Shown here one piece after another: positions 1 to 8,796 of a DNA stretch of 64,000 nt. A program made the translations under genes and the position numbers. A model generated the notes under the pieces. That model searched no databases. It worked only from the letters and a program-made list of their open reading frames with translations, and was not told the origin of the DNA. Each line of letters begins with the position of its first letter. Positions within the stretch are counted from its first letter, which is position 1. The stretch comes from a virus (Duplodnaviria; Caudoviricetes): positions 11,904 to 75,903 of the IMG/VR virus record IMGVR_UViG_3300046642_000603, one strand, 5' to 3'.

Positions 1-67
1 CCTGGTATTGGCGCCGCGACGCCTGGGAGATCAAGAACTACCTCGACTACCTGGTAAGGAGAGAGCA

Positions 68-1033
68 GTGCCCCGAGCAAAGGCCGGGTGGGACGCCATT
101 GGCAACCCCATCCCCGGAAACGTGACAGCCTGCCTCGACACCCTCGAACTGGAATACAAAGTCCAGGGCGACGAGATTCATATGCCCTGCCCCATGCACG
201 AGCAGCGCACCGGAAAGAAAGACGCGCACCCATCCTTTTCCATAAACTACGACGAGGGATATTTCAACTGCTTCTCCTGCGGATACCGTGGCGCGTTCTG
301 GGTCCTCGTCCGGGACGTCCACGAGATCTCCGAGGCCGACGCCAAGAACTGGGTCCGGCGCAGGGGAGGAGCGGAGAGGGTCCGGAAGTACCTGGAGAAG
401 AAGAAGGAGCAGCGCGCCGACAAGGCCGACACGACGAAGCAGATCAATGAGGCGTCGCTGGCCCTGTACACCGTGCCTCCGCTGAGTGCCTGCGCCGAGC
501 GGCTGTTCATGCCGGAGGACGCGGAGGCGTGCGGGGTGCTGTGGGATCCGGCCCGGGACATGTGGATCGTTCCGGTGCGCGACCCGGACACCGGGATGCT
601 GTGGGGCTGGCAGGAGAAGAACGCCCGGTACTTCCGCAACCGGCCGCCGGGCATGGCCAAGTCGAAGACGCTCTTCGGGCTGGACACCTACGACGACGAC
701 GTGGCCGTGCTGGTCGAGTCGCCGCTGGACGTGGCCCGGCTGTGGGCCTGCGGGGTCAGGGGAGGGCTGGCGTCCTACGGCGCCGGAGTCTCCGACGCGC
801 AGATGGACCTGATCCGCGACCACTTCGACACCGTCATCGTCGCCCTCGACAACGACGAGGCCGGAGCCGAGGCGTGCAAGCGGCTGCTGAAGGAGTGGAC
901 CGGCCGGGGCCTGACCCTCAAGTTCCTCGACTACTCCGTGGCCCCGCTCGCCAAGGACCCCGGCGACATGACCGCCGACCAGATCAAGGCCGCTGTACGC
1001 GGCGCCTACTCATCCGTCGTTGCACGTTTCTAG
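68..1033 (+). CDS. DNA primase (CHC2 zinc finger + TOPRIM)
   Basis: CPMH...FNCFSCG zinc finger; VLVESPLD and ALDNDEAG TOPRIM motifs; KDPGD; GTG start at 68 after an AGGAGAG RBS. Confidence 0.9.
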   Translation: MPRAKAGWDAIGNPIPGNVTACLDTLELEYKVQGDEIHMPCPMHEQRTGKKDAHPSFSINYDEGYFNCFSCGYRGAFWVLVRDVHEISEADAKNWVRRRGGAERVRKYLEKKKEQRADKADTTKQINEASLALYTVPPLSACAERLFMPEDAEACGVLWDPARDMWIVPVRDPDTGMLWGWQEKNARYFRNRPPGMAKSKTLFGLDTYDDDVAVLVESPLDVARLWACGVRGGLASYGAGVSDAQMDLIRDHFDTVIVALDNDEAGAEACKRLLKEWTGRGLTLKFLDYSVAPLAKDPGDMTADQIKAAVRGAYSSVVARF

Positions 1034-1042
1034 GAGACCGAC

Positions 1043-1087
1043 ATGACCCGGCTTAATACCTGCCCCCGCCAGGGGGACCACCGATGA
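1043..1087 (+). CDS. 14-aa minigene MTRLNTCPRQGDHR
   Basis: AGGAGA RBS; stop overlaps the next start (ATGA); carries a CTTAATACC copy in the LNT frame. Confidence 0.35.
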   Translation: MTRLNTCPRQGDHR

Positions 1088-1380
1088 AGGCACCCGAGGG
1101 CTACGAGCACCTGGGTGAGGACTTCTGGGCCCGCGTCGAGCCGGACCCGGACACCGACTGCCTCATCTTCCAGTCCACCGCGACGCGGCCGTACTACCAG
1201 GGCAAGACTCTGCTGTCCTTCCTGACCGGCGGCGACGGCCGACAGAAGCACCGGGCGTGCAGGCGCCGGATGTGCGCCAACCCGGACCACATCCAGGACG
1301 GGCACTTCGACATGGGGACGCCGTACGCCCGGCGCCCCCGGTCGAGTTCGCAGTTCGCCCGTCAGTACTCGCAGTGCTGA
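1084..1380 (+). CDS. HNH-like small protein, possibly degenerate
   Basis: FWARVE..DCLIF and HRACRRRMCANPDHI resemble phage HNH nucleases. Confidence 0.55.
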   Translation: MKAPEGYEHLGEDFWARVEPDPDTDCLIFQSTATRPYYQGKTLLSFLTGGDGRQKHRACRRRMCANPDHIQDGHFDMGTPYARRPRSSSQFARQYSQC

Positions 1381-3014
1381 CCGTCGACCTCCACCCCTTC
1401 CAGGAGTCTGCGGCCGACAGGATGGTGGAGAGGGGCTGCCTTCTCGTTGCCTACGAGATGGGGCTGGGCAAGACCGTGCTGGCCCTGGCCGCCATCGAGG
1501 AGCTACTGGAGAAGGGGGAGGTCGAGACCGCCGTCATCGTGGTCCCGGCCAACCTCAAGTACCAGTGGGCCAAGTCCATCGCGAAACTCACCGACGTGCC
1601 GACCCGTGTGGTCACGGTGCGCGAGGACGGGCTGAAGCAGGAGATCACCGTCCCGACGGAGGAGTACTGCGTCCTGATCGACGGCGACGCGAAGAAGCGC
1701 GCCGGGCTGTACGCCAAGGTCAAGACGCTCCGGCCGGACTACGTGATCCTCGGCTACGAGAACGTCGTCAACGACTGGAACTTCGTCAGGAGGATCAAAC
1801 CGGAGTGCATCGTCCTCGACGAGTGCACCGCGATCAAGACGTTCCGGGCCCAGCGCACCAGGAAGATCAAGCGGCTCACCGCGCCGTACCGCTTCGGGAT
1901 GACCGGCACTCCGGTGGAGAACGGGAAGCCCGAGGAACTGTTCTCGATCATGCAGTGGGTCGACGACCAGGTCCTGGGCCGGTTCGACCTGTTCGACAAG
2001 ACGTACATCGTGCGCAACAAGTTCGGCGGGGTGCAGAACTACCGCAACCTGCCGGTGCTGCACGCCAAACTGGCCGAGGTGATGGTCCGCAAGACGCGGC
2101 TGGACGAGGACGTCCGGCCGTACCTGCCCGAGGTGCAGGAGTCGGTCATCCCGGTCGCCCTGGACGCCAAGACGAAGAAGGCATACCAGGCCATCGCGGG
2201 GGACCTGCTCGCCGAGCTGCGGGCGGCCGGGCCGACGATGGGTGACTTCGATCTGTTCGCGCACTACCACGGGGGAGAGGCGGGCAACGAGAACAGCCAG
2301 CAGGGCAAGATCATGTCTCGCATGCAGGCGCTGGACATGCTGCTGAACCACCCGGACCTGATCGTCATGTCCGGGCAGAGTTACGAGGAGAGCGAGGAGG
2401 CCCGGCAGCGGGGCGTGCAGAAGAAGGTGTGGCCGGGCTCGAAGTACGCGTACGAGGTGTGGCAGTCCGGCCTGCTCGATGACGTCACCACGGCCCCGAA
2501 ACTGGACGCCGTGGCGGCTGCGGTCGAGGACATCATGGCGGTCCCCGGAAACAAGATCATCGTCTTCTCGGTCAACCCCGACATGCTGGACCTGATCGGT
2601 GACCGGCTGCCGGAGAACTCGTTCGTCACGTACACCGGCCGGATGTCCTCGGCGGCCAAGGCATATGCCGCCCAGCGGTTCGAGACCGACGAACAGTGTC
2701 GGGTGTTCCTGTCCAGCCACGCGGGAGCGTTCGGCACCGACCTGTACATGGCCAACTACCTGATCAACTACGACCTCGCCTGGTCGGCCGGGAAGCAGGA
2801 CCAGATCAACGCCCGGCACAACCGAGCGAGCAGCCAGTTCAAGGACATCTACATCCTGAACGCCATCACGTCGGGCACCACCGAGCCACGCAAGCTGGCG
2901 ATGCTGGCGCACAAGCGCAGGGTGGGCAGCGCCATCACAGACGGGCGCGGAGCCGACGAGAAGGGCCGGATCGAGAACGACGTCCAGACCCTTACGCAGT
3001 GCCTGGAGGCGTAA
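1374..3014 (+). CDS. SNF2/Rad54-family DNA helicase
   Basis: YEMGLGKT Walker A; VLDE; MTGTPVEN; C-terminal helicase motifs (LINYDL.W, QINARHNR). Confidence 0.9.
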   Translation: MLTVDLHPFQESAADRMVERGCLLVAYEMGLGKTVLALAAIEELLEKGEVETAVIVVPANLKYQWAKSIAKLTDVPTRVVTVREDGLKQEITVPTEEYCVLIDGDAKKRAGLYAKVKTLRPDYVILGYENVVNDWNFVRRIKPECIVLDECTAIKTFRAQRTRKIKRLTAPYRFGMTGTPVENGKPEELFSIMQWVDDQVLGRFDLFDKTYIVRNKFGGVQNYRNLPVLHAKLAEVMVRKTRLDEDVRPYLPEVQESVIPVALDAKTKKAYQAIAGDLLAELRAAGPTMGDFDLFAHYHGGEAGNENSQQGKIMSRMQALDMLLNHPDLIVMSGQSYEESEEARQRGVQKKVWPGSKYAYEVWQSGLLDDVTTAPKLDAVAAAVEDIMAVPGNKIIVFSVNPDMLDLIGDRLPENSFVTYTGRMSSAAKAYAAQRFETDEQCRVFLSSHAGAFGTDLYMANYLINYDLAWSAGKQDQINARHNRASSQFKDIYILNAITSGTTEPRKLAMLAHKRRVGSAITDGRGADEKGRIENDVQTLTQCLEA

Positions 3015-3241
3015 CTTCCAGGATCTCACGAGGCACGTCGAGTGGTTCTAAACCCGTAATCGCATGGCACCATCAGGGTATGCGAGAAGAACCACTCGAC
3101 GTGCTGCTCCGTGAGGGGCTTGACCACGTCATATGCCCTCCGGAGGAGCAGGAGGACTGGGATCTGACCCCCGTCCGCCTGGCGCTCCGTGGTGCCCCAG
3201 CCGACCGCTGGTGAAGTTGTAAACCGGATTCGGCGAATCCG

Positions 3242-3270
3242 TTGACAAGGGCATATGCGGAACGTAGAGT
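3242..3270 (+). promoter_or_regulatory. sigma70/HrdB-type promoter
   Basis: TTGACA-N17-TAGAGT upstream of gene 3323. Confidence 0.7.
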
Positions 3271-3322
3271 CGTCCTCACGAAGCGTTGATCGAACGAAGG
3301 ATCAAACCACGCAGGAGGACGC

Positions 3323-3688
3323 ATGACCACCATCGCGGAAGCCCTCGGCATCTCCTGGGGCAACGGTGCAACGGACGCCCCCGAGTACCGGCTGACCTAC
3401 CACGCACAGCAGCAGGCCGCAGCCAAGGGCTGGACCAGCGCGCAGGTGCTGGAGGCCGCGAACCGCCCGCAGCACACCTCCCCTTCCAGCCGGTTCCCCG
3501 GCCAGCAGCGCCACGTCCGAGGCGAGATAGTCGCCGTCGTCGACCCGGCCGACCACCGCGTCATCACCGTCTACCAGGACGTCCGTGAGACCGGTCTGCG
3601 CACCGACCAGACCGACCGCGACGCGAAGCGCTACGCCACCCGCCTGGGTCAGCAGGTCCCGGCCGAGGTCGACGAAGTTACGTACTGA
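3323..3688 (+). CDS. DUF4258-like protein
   Basis: YRLTYHAQQQ...AVVDPADHRVITVY pattern; AGGAGG RBS. Confidence 0.55.
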   Translation: MTTIAEALGISWGNGATDAPEYRLTYHAQQQAAAKGWTSAQVLEAANRPQHTSPSSRFPGQQRHVRGEIVAVVDPADHRVITVYQDVRETGLRTDQTDRDAKRYATRLGQQVPAEVDEVTY

Positions 3689-3784
3689 GAAACACGTAAT
3701 CTCGAATGGACAATCTCGAAGACGTAATGTAGAGTCGGACCTGCTCAACCGACCTACTACTCCGTAGAAAGAGAGCCCCGCTCT

Positions 3785-4261
3785 ATGGCTACCGTGCAGA
3801 GACGAGCAACCCAGCGCATCGAGCGCCCCATCTCCCTCAACCAGGCCGCCCCCTGGGAGAAGACCCGCCAGTTCCTGGCCCTGAAGTTCCAGGAGACCGA
3901 GATCGTCACCCGCAAGAACAAGTTGCGCGACGAGGTCAGCGTCCACGTGGACGCCAACGGCGACATCGACGAGAAGGGCAGCAAGTTCTGGAAGTTGGAC
4001 CCGCCCATCGAGGTCAACGGCCAGAAGTTCACCGAGGTCAAGCGTGAGCGCCGCGTCAGCGTGAACCTGGACGAAGAGGCCGTCGAGACCCTGGTCAACG
4101 CCAAGGGGATCCGCGACCGGGTCTTCAAGCAGGTGACCCAGGAGGTCCTGGACCAGGACGAGTTGTACGTCCTCAACCAGGAAGGCGTCATCACCGACGA
4201 GGAACTGGACGGACTGTTCACCGAGACCGAGTCCTTCGCGTTCAAGCCCATTCGCGGCTGA
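3785..4261 (+). CDS. hypothetical phage protein
   Basis: ORF with phage-like codon usage; TGGACA-N18-TAGAGT promoter upstream. Confidence 0.75.
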   Translation: MATVQRRATQRIERPISLNQAAPWEKTRQFLALKFQETEIVTRKNKLRDEVSVHVDANGDIDEKGSKFWKLDPPIEVNGQKFTEVKRERRVSVNLDEEAVETLVNAKGIRDRVFKQVTQEVLDQDELYVLNQEGVITDEELDGLFTETESFAFKPIRG

Positions 4262-4276
4262 TAGGAGACCCACCAC

Positions 4277-4747
4277 ATGAGCACCGTCGCAGACACCATC
4301 GACCAGTCCTTCGCCGAACTCGGTGAGCAGTTCTACCCCGGCTCGACGCGCCCCCTGGTACGTCACCGCAACCGCCTTAATACCGAGGCCGCCGCGTCGG
4401 CGGCCGAACCCGGAGCATGGGACGCCAAGCCCCGTAAGTACGTCGTGGCCGGAGTCGAGACGGAGTTCTTCACCGTCGGCGACCTCGCCAAGGCGCTGGG
4501 ACGGCAGCCCGTGACCATCCGGAAGTGGGAGCGCGAGGGAGTCATTCCCAAGAGCACCTACCAGTCCCCGGGCAAGGACGGAGACGTACGCGGCCGACGC
4601 CGCCTGTACATCCGCGAGCAGGTCGAGGGCATGGTCCGCATCGCGCACGAGGAAGGCGTCCTCGTGTCCCACCAGAAGCCCATCAAGGGCACCCGCTTCA
4701 CCGAGCGCGTCGTCGCCCTCTTCAAGGCCCTGGCGGGCGACGAGTGA
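4277..4747 (+). CDS. MerR-like HTH DNA-binding protein
   Basis: FTVGDLAKALGRQPVTIRKWEREGVIP ... RRLY. Confidence 0.8.
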   Translation: MSTVADTIDQSFAELGEQFYPGSTRPLVRHRNRLNTEAAASAAEPGAWDAKPRKYVVAGVETEFFTVGDLAKALGRQPVTIRKWEREGVIPKSTYQSPGKDGDVRGRRRLYIREQVEGMVRIAHEEGVLVSHQKPIKGTRFTERVVALFKALAGDE

Positions 4748-4980
4748 GGATCGTCAAGAGCCAGAAGCACCACGTGTCCATGGGGAACTTCGAGTGGGTG
4801 GAGTTCGGCTACGAGGTCGACATCACCACCGACGACTTCCCCAAGGCACGCACCCTCGACGACCTGGACAAGGTCGCCACCGACCAGATCACCAAGGCCC
4901 TCGCGGCCGACATCGAGGAAGCCCGTCTCAACACGGGCGAAGCATCCTCGTACATCCATCTCTACCAGCAGGAGAACTGA
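4744..4980 (+). CDS. hypothetical protein
   Basis: GTGA-coupled ORF with typical codon usage. Confidence 0.65.
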   Translation: MRIVKSQKHHVSMGNFEWVEFGYEVDITTDDFPKARTLDDLDKVATDQITKALAADIEEARLNTGEASSYIHLYQQEN

Positions 4981-5796
4981 ATGCCCCGCACCCTGACCCG
5001 CCGCCGCACCGCCCGCGACACCGAGGCGTACTCCCCGGCCGACGAGCCCGAGGACGAGCAGGGCTACGCGGAGGAAGAGGACGAGGCCCCGGCCCGTGGC
5101 TCCCGCCGAGGCTCGCGCCGCAGCCTTAATACCGAGGAGGCCGACACCTCCCGACGCTCCCGCCGCGCCCCCGCGCGTGACGAGGACGACGACGAGGACG
5201 ACGAGCCCACGCCGAAGGTCGGCGGCCGTGGCTGGGGATCGTACGAGAAGACCAAGCAGGCGTCCTCCGGCTTCCCCGACAACTTCAAGGCGTCCACCGA
5301 GTCCGTGATCGTGAAGTTCCTGGACGAGGAGCCGTTCCTGGTCTTCCTCCAGCACTGGATCGAGCGCTCCGGCAAGAAGTCATTCACCTGCCTGGAGAGC
5401 AAGTGCCCGCTGTGCGACGACGCGGGTGACAAGCCCAGCCAGCAGGTCTCCTTCAACGTCGTCGACTTCACCGACCCCGAGGACCCGCAGGTCAAGGTCT
5501 GGCAGGTCGGCCCGATGGTCGCGGACATCCTGAAGAACTACGCCAAGGACAAGAAGACGTCGCCGATCAACCGCGACGACCTCTACTTCTCCGTCCGCAA
5601 GGAGACCAAGAACAAGAAGACCAACTACTACATCACGCCGGTCAAGGAGCGTGACCTCCTCGACGACTGGGACATCGAGCCCCTGAGCGAGGACGACCTG
5701 GAGACGTTCGACGCCAAGGCGTACGACGAGGACATCCTCCAGGTCACCCGGCGCACGGAACTCAAGGTCATCGTCCGCGAGATCCTGAACGACTAG
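4981..5796 (+). CDS. ssDNA-binding protein (gp32-like)
   Basis: acidic N-terminus; VKFLD...HW...CLESKCPLC; located next to the DNA polymerase. Confidence 0.7.
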   Translation: MPRTLTRRRTARDTEAYSPADEPEDEQGYAEEEDEAPARGSRRGSRRSLNTEEADTSRRSRRAPARDEDDDEDDEPTPKVGGRGWGSYEKTKQASSGFPDNFKASTESVIVKFLDEEPFLVFLQHWIERSGKKSFTCLESKCPLCDDAGDKPSQQVSFNVVDFTDPEDPQVKVWQVGPMVADILKNYAKDKKTSPINRDDLYFSVRKETKNKKTNYYITPVKERDLLDDWDIEPLSEDDLETFDAKAYDEDILQVTRRTELKVIVREILND

Positions 5797-5875
5797 CAGC
5801 CTCCGACGGGGAGGCTCCAGCACAGCGCTGGGGCCTCCCCCTCAGCTTCCCCATCCACCACCACCGGAGCCCGCT

Positions 5876-7855
5876 GTGAAGATCCGCAACTCCGTCATCC
5901 TCACCCCCGACCGACTTAATACCGTGGTCGAGCGCTTCATGGAGCGTCCGGCCTTCGCATTCGACATCGAGACCTTCGGCCCCAACCGAGGCGTCCCGAC
6001 GCAGAACGTCGCCAACTGGCTCTCCCTGGCCTCCGACGGCATGGCCTACGCCATCCCCTTCGGGCACCCCAACGGCGACGTCCTGATCAGCAAGGCCACC
6101 CGCAAGAAGAACCGGCTCACCAACAAGTTCGACGCCATCCCGGCCGTCTACGACGCCCCGCCGGAGCAGATGCTCCCGAGCGAGGTCTTCTCCATCCTCC
6201 GGCCGCTGTTCTTCGCCGAAGACAAGATCAAGATCGCGCATAACGCCACGTTCGACCTGATCTCCACGGCGAAGTACTGGGGCGAGATCTGCCCGCCGGA
6301 GTACAGCGACACCATCGTCCTTCAGTGGCTCCTCGACGAGAACATGAAGCAAAAGGGCCTGAAGGAGTTGATCAAGCGCTACTACAAGGTCGACTACGAC
6401 ACCGAGAACGTCGGCAAGTGCGTCGAGGCCCACCCCTTCTCGAAGGTCGCCCACTACGCGTACATGGACTCCAAGTACACGTGGCTGCTCTGGAAGCGCT
6501 ACCAGAACCAGATCAAGGAGCAGAACCTCACCCACGTCCGGCGCCTGGAGGAAGACGTCCTGGGGGTGCTGCTCGACATGGGCATCACCGGAGCACCGGT
6601 CGACGAAGCCGCGATGCGTGAGCTGGTACAGGACATGTCCGCCCGGCTCGTCGACATCGAGGCCGACATCTACCGGGCCGCAGGCAAGCAGTTCAACCTG
6701 AACGCCCCGGCGCAGAAGGCCGAGGTGCTGTACGCCCCCAAGAGCGACGGCGGCCAGGGCCTCAAGCCGATGAAGCCCACCGACGGCGGCAAGAAGAAGC
6801 GCGACGCGGGCCAGACGCTGGAGTGGAAGGACTTCAGCACCGACTCCGACAGCCTGGAGAAGCACCCCAACAACCCGGTCGTCAAGAAGATGCTGGAGTA
6901 CGCGGAAGTCAGCAAACTGCTCGACTACCCCATCGCGTACCTCGGTGTCGAGGACGACCCGAAGAAGCCGTGCCGGATCTTCAACGGCAGGATCCACGCC
7001 GACTTCGTCCAGTACGGGACGGTGACCGGCCGGTTCTCCTGCCGCGAACCCAACCTCCAGAACATCCCCCGGCCCGACACCGACCTCGGCAAGCGGATCC
7101 GTGGACTGTTCGTCGCACCGCCCGGCTACAAGCTGGTCGTCGCGGACTACGGGCAGATCGAACTCGTCGTGCTCGCGCACTTCATCGGCCGTGGCGACCT
7201 CTACAAGGGGTTCCACAACGGCGTCGACCCGCACTCGGCGACGGCTGCCGCGCTGATGGGTGTGGACCCGCAGGAGTTCATGCGGCGGGTCAAGGAAGGC
7301 GACCGCACCTGCATCGACTTCCGCCAGGTCGCCAAGGGCATCAACTTCGCCGTCGTGTACGGCGCGGGCCCGGACAAGGTCGCCTCGATGGCAGGCATCT
7401 CCGTCAAGGACGCCAAGCGGTTCATGGAGATGCACCAGAAGATGTTCCCGGAGATCTACCGCTTCAAGGAAGAAGTCATCCGAGTGTGCCGGTCGCGTCG
7501 GCCCGCACACATCCGCACCCTGCTCGGCCGCAAGCGGCGCCTGCCGCTCATCCTCAGCCAGAACAACGGCCTGCGGATGGGAGCCGAGCGCCAGGCGGTG
7601 AACTCCCTCATCCAGGGATCCGCCGCCGACCTGATCAAACTGGCCATGATCCGGCTGAACAGCGCACTGCCGGACGAAATGCGCCTGATCCTCTCCGTGC
7701 ACGACGAACTCGTGACGCTCGCGCCGGAGGACCGGGCCGAGGAATGCGCCGACCTGGTTCGGGAAGCCATGCTCGGCGAAGGAATCCAGAAACTCCTGCG
7801 CGTCCCACTCTCGTCGGACGTGAAGATCGTGGACCGCTGGTCGGAGGCAAAGTAA
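5876..7855 (+). CDS. DNA polymerase family A with 3'-5' exonuclease
   Basis: FDIET exo I; AHNATFD; GTVTGRFSCREPNLQNIP; ADYGQIEL motif A; RQVAKGINFAVVYG motif B; VHDE motif C. Confidence 0.97.
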   Translation: MKIRNSVILTPDRLNTVVERFMERPAFAFDIETFGPNRGVPTQNVANWLSLASDGMAYAIPFGHPNGDVLISKATRKKNRLTNKFDAIPAVYDAPPEQMLPSEVFSILRPLFFAEDKIKIAHNATFDLISTAKYWGEICPPEYSDTIVLQWLLDENMKQKGLKELIKRYYKVDYDTENVGKCVEAHPFSKVAHYAYMDSKYTWLLWKRYQNQIKEQNLTHVRRLEEDVLGVLLDMGITGAPVDEAAMRELVQDMSARLVDIEADIYRAAGKQFNLNAPAQKAEVLYAPKSDGGQGLKPMKPTDGGKKKRDAGQTLEWKDFSTDSDSLEKHPNNPVVKKMLEYAEVSKLLDYPIAYLGVEDDPKKPCRIFNGRIHADFVQYGTVTGRFSCREPNLQNIPRPDTDLGKRIRGLFVAPPGYKLVVADYGQIELVVLAHFIGRGDLYKGFHNGVDPHSATAAALMGVDPQEFMRRVKEGDRTCIDFRQVAKGINFAVVYGAGPDKVASMAGISVKDAKRFMEMHQKMFPEIYRFKEEVIRVCRSRRPAHIRTLLGRKRRLPLILSQNNGLRMGAERQAVNSLIQGSAADLIKLAMIRLNSALPDEMRLILSVHDELVTLAPEDRAEECADLVREAMLGEGIQKLLRVPLSSDVKIVDRWSEAK

Positions 7856-8323
7856 ATGGGCATCTTCAGCCGCAAGAACGACGACGACATACCCGACATC
7901 CTTAATACCGAGGAGGACGACCTCCAGGTCGACCTCTACACCCCGCAGATGCTCACCAAGCGGCTGGCCTGGGACATCGTCCCGTGCAGCGAGGTCGAGG
8001 CACTGCTCCCGCTCATGGGACTCAGCCCCGACAGTGCGGAAGTATCCGAAATGGAGCACGAGGCCAGCCACGACCGGATAGAACAACTCACGCCGCTGAA
8101 GGAAATGCTAGCGCTGCTCATCCCGCTAGTTTCCGGCATTACTGCCTCGGCTATGCTGGTTAACTCCGGAAATTCCGTGGACGAGGAAACCGCCGCAGTT
8201 CTCCAGCGGCATCATTCCGTCGTCGTCCGCGCCGGAGTGGTGGCGGTCCTCGCCAATCTCCTCGACATGGGAATCATCACGTATTCGGATGGAGTGCAGT
8301 TCGGTGACCAACTTCTGGGCTAA
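7856..8323 (+). CDS. hypothetical protein
   Basis: ORF immediately after the polymerase stop. Confidence 0.7.
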   Translation: MGIFSRKNDDDIPDILNTEEDDLQVDLYTPQMLTKRLAWDIVPCSEVEALLPLMGLSPDSAEVSEMEHEASHDRIEQLTPLKEMLALLIPLVSGITASAMLVNSGNSVDEETAAVLQRHHSVVVRAGVVAVLANLLDMGIITYSDGVQFGDQLLG

Positions 8324-8753
8324 CAAACTGGGGGCGGCCCGACCGGCCGCCCCGGCCCCGGCCCCGGCGCCGGTCCAGCAGCAACAGCAGATCGGCGGCC
8401 CATGGTGGGCCTCTCCGCAACAGCAGCCCTACCCCCCGCAGCAGCCGGTCCAGCAGACAGTGCCAGAACCCCAGCAGAAGGCCCCGGCCCGAGCGATGGT
8501 GGCCAAGCAGGACACCCACTGCCCGGACTGCCAGGGCACGAACTACTTCCGCCCGGTCGGCATGATGAACGCGATGGCGCAGTGCTACGAGTGCGGATAC
8601 AACCCGCGCTTCCAGCAGAGCACCGCTGGACTCCCGTCCGGCAGCGGAGGAGACGGCCCCGCCACCCCAGCCAAGCAGGTCGCCTCGGGCGGTCTGGGAG
8701 GCCGAAGCAACTACAACCCGGGCGCCATCATCAGGGCCGACGGCTCGGTCTAG
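8304..8753 (+). CDS. hypothetical Zn-ribbon protein, Pro/Gln-rich
   Basis: CPDC...CYECG. Confidence 0.65.
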   Translation: MTNFWANKLGAARPAAPAPAPAPVQQQQQIGGPWWASPQQQPYPPQQPVQQTVPEPQQKAPARAMVAKQDTHCPDCQGTNYFRPVGMMNAMAQCYECGYNPRFQQSTAGLPSGSGGDGPATPAKQVASGGLGGRSNYNPGAIIRADGSV

Positions 8754-8796
8754 CGCCCACTCCTCCCTGCCGCACCACTACTGAATGGAATTACTG

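Noticed and set aside
5768-8086. Long minus-strand ORFs (also 8791-10563, 36946-38907, 50462-52705)
   Set aside because: Antisense shadows of GC3-biased + strand genes, with no motifs or RBS
8785-8796. TTA (bldA) codon at the RNR N-terminus
   Set aside because: Lies upstream of the more likely GTG start at 8797
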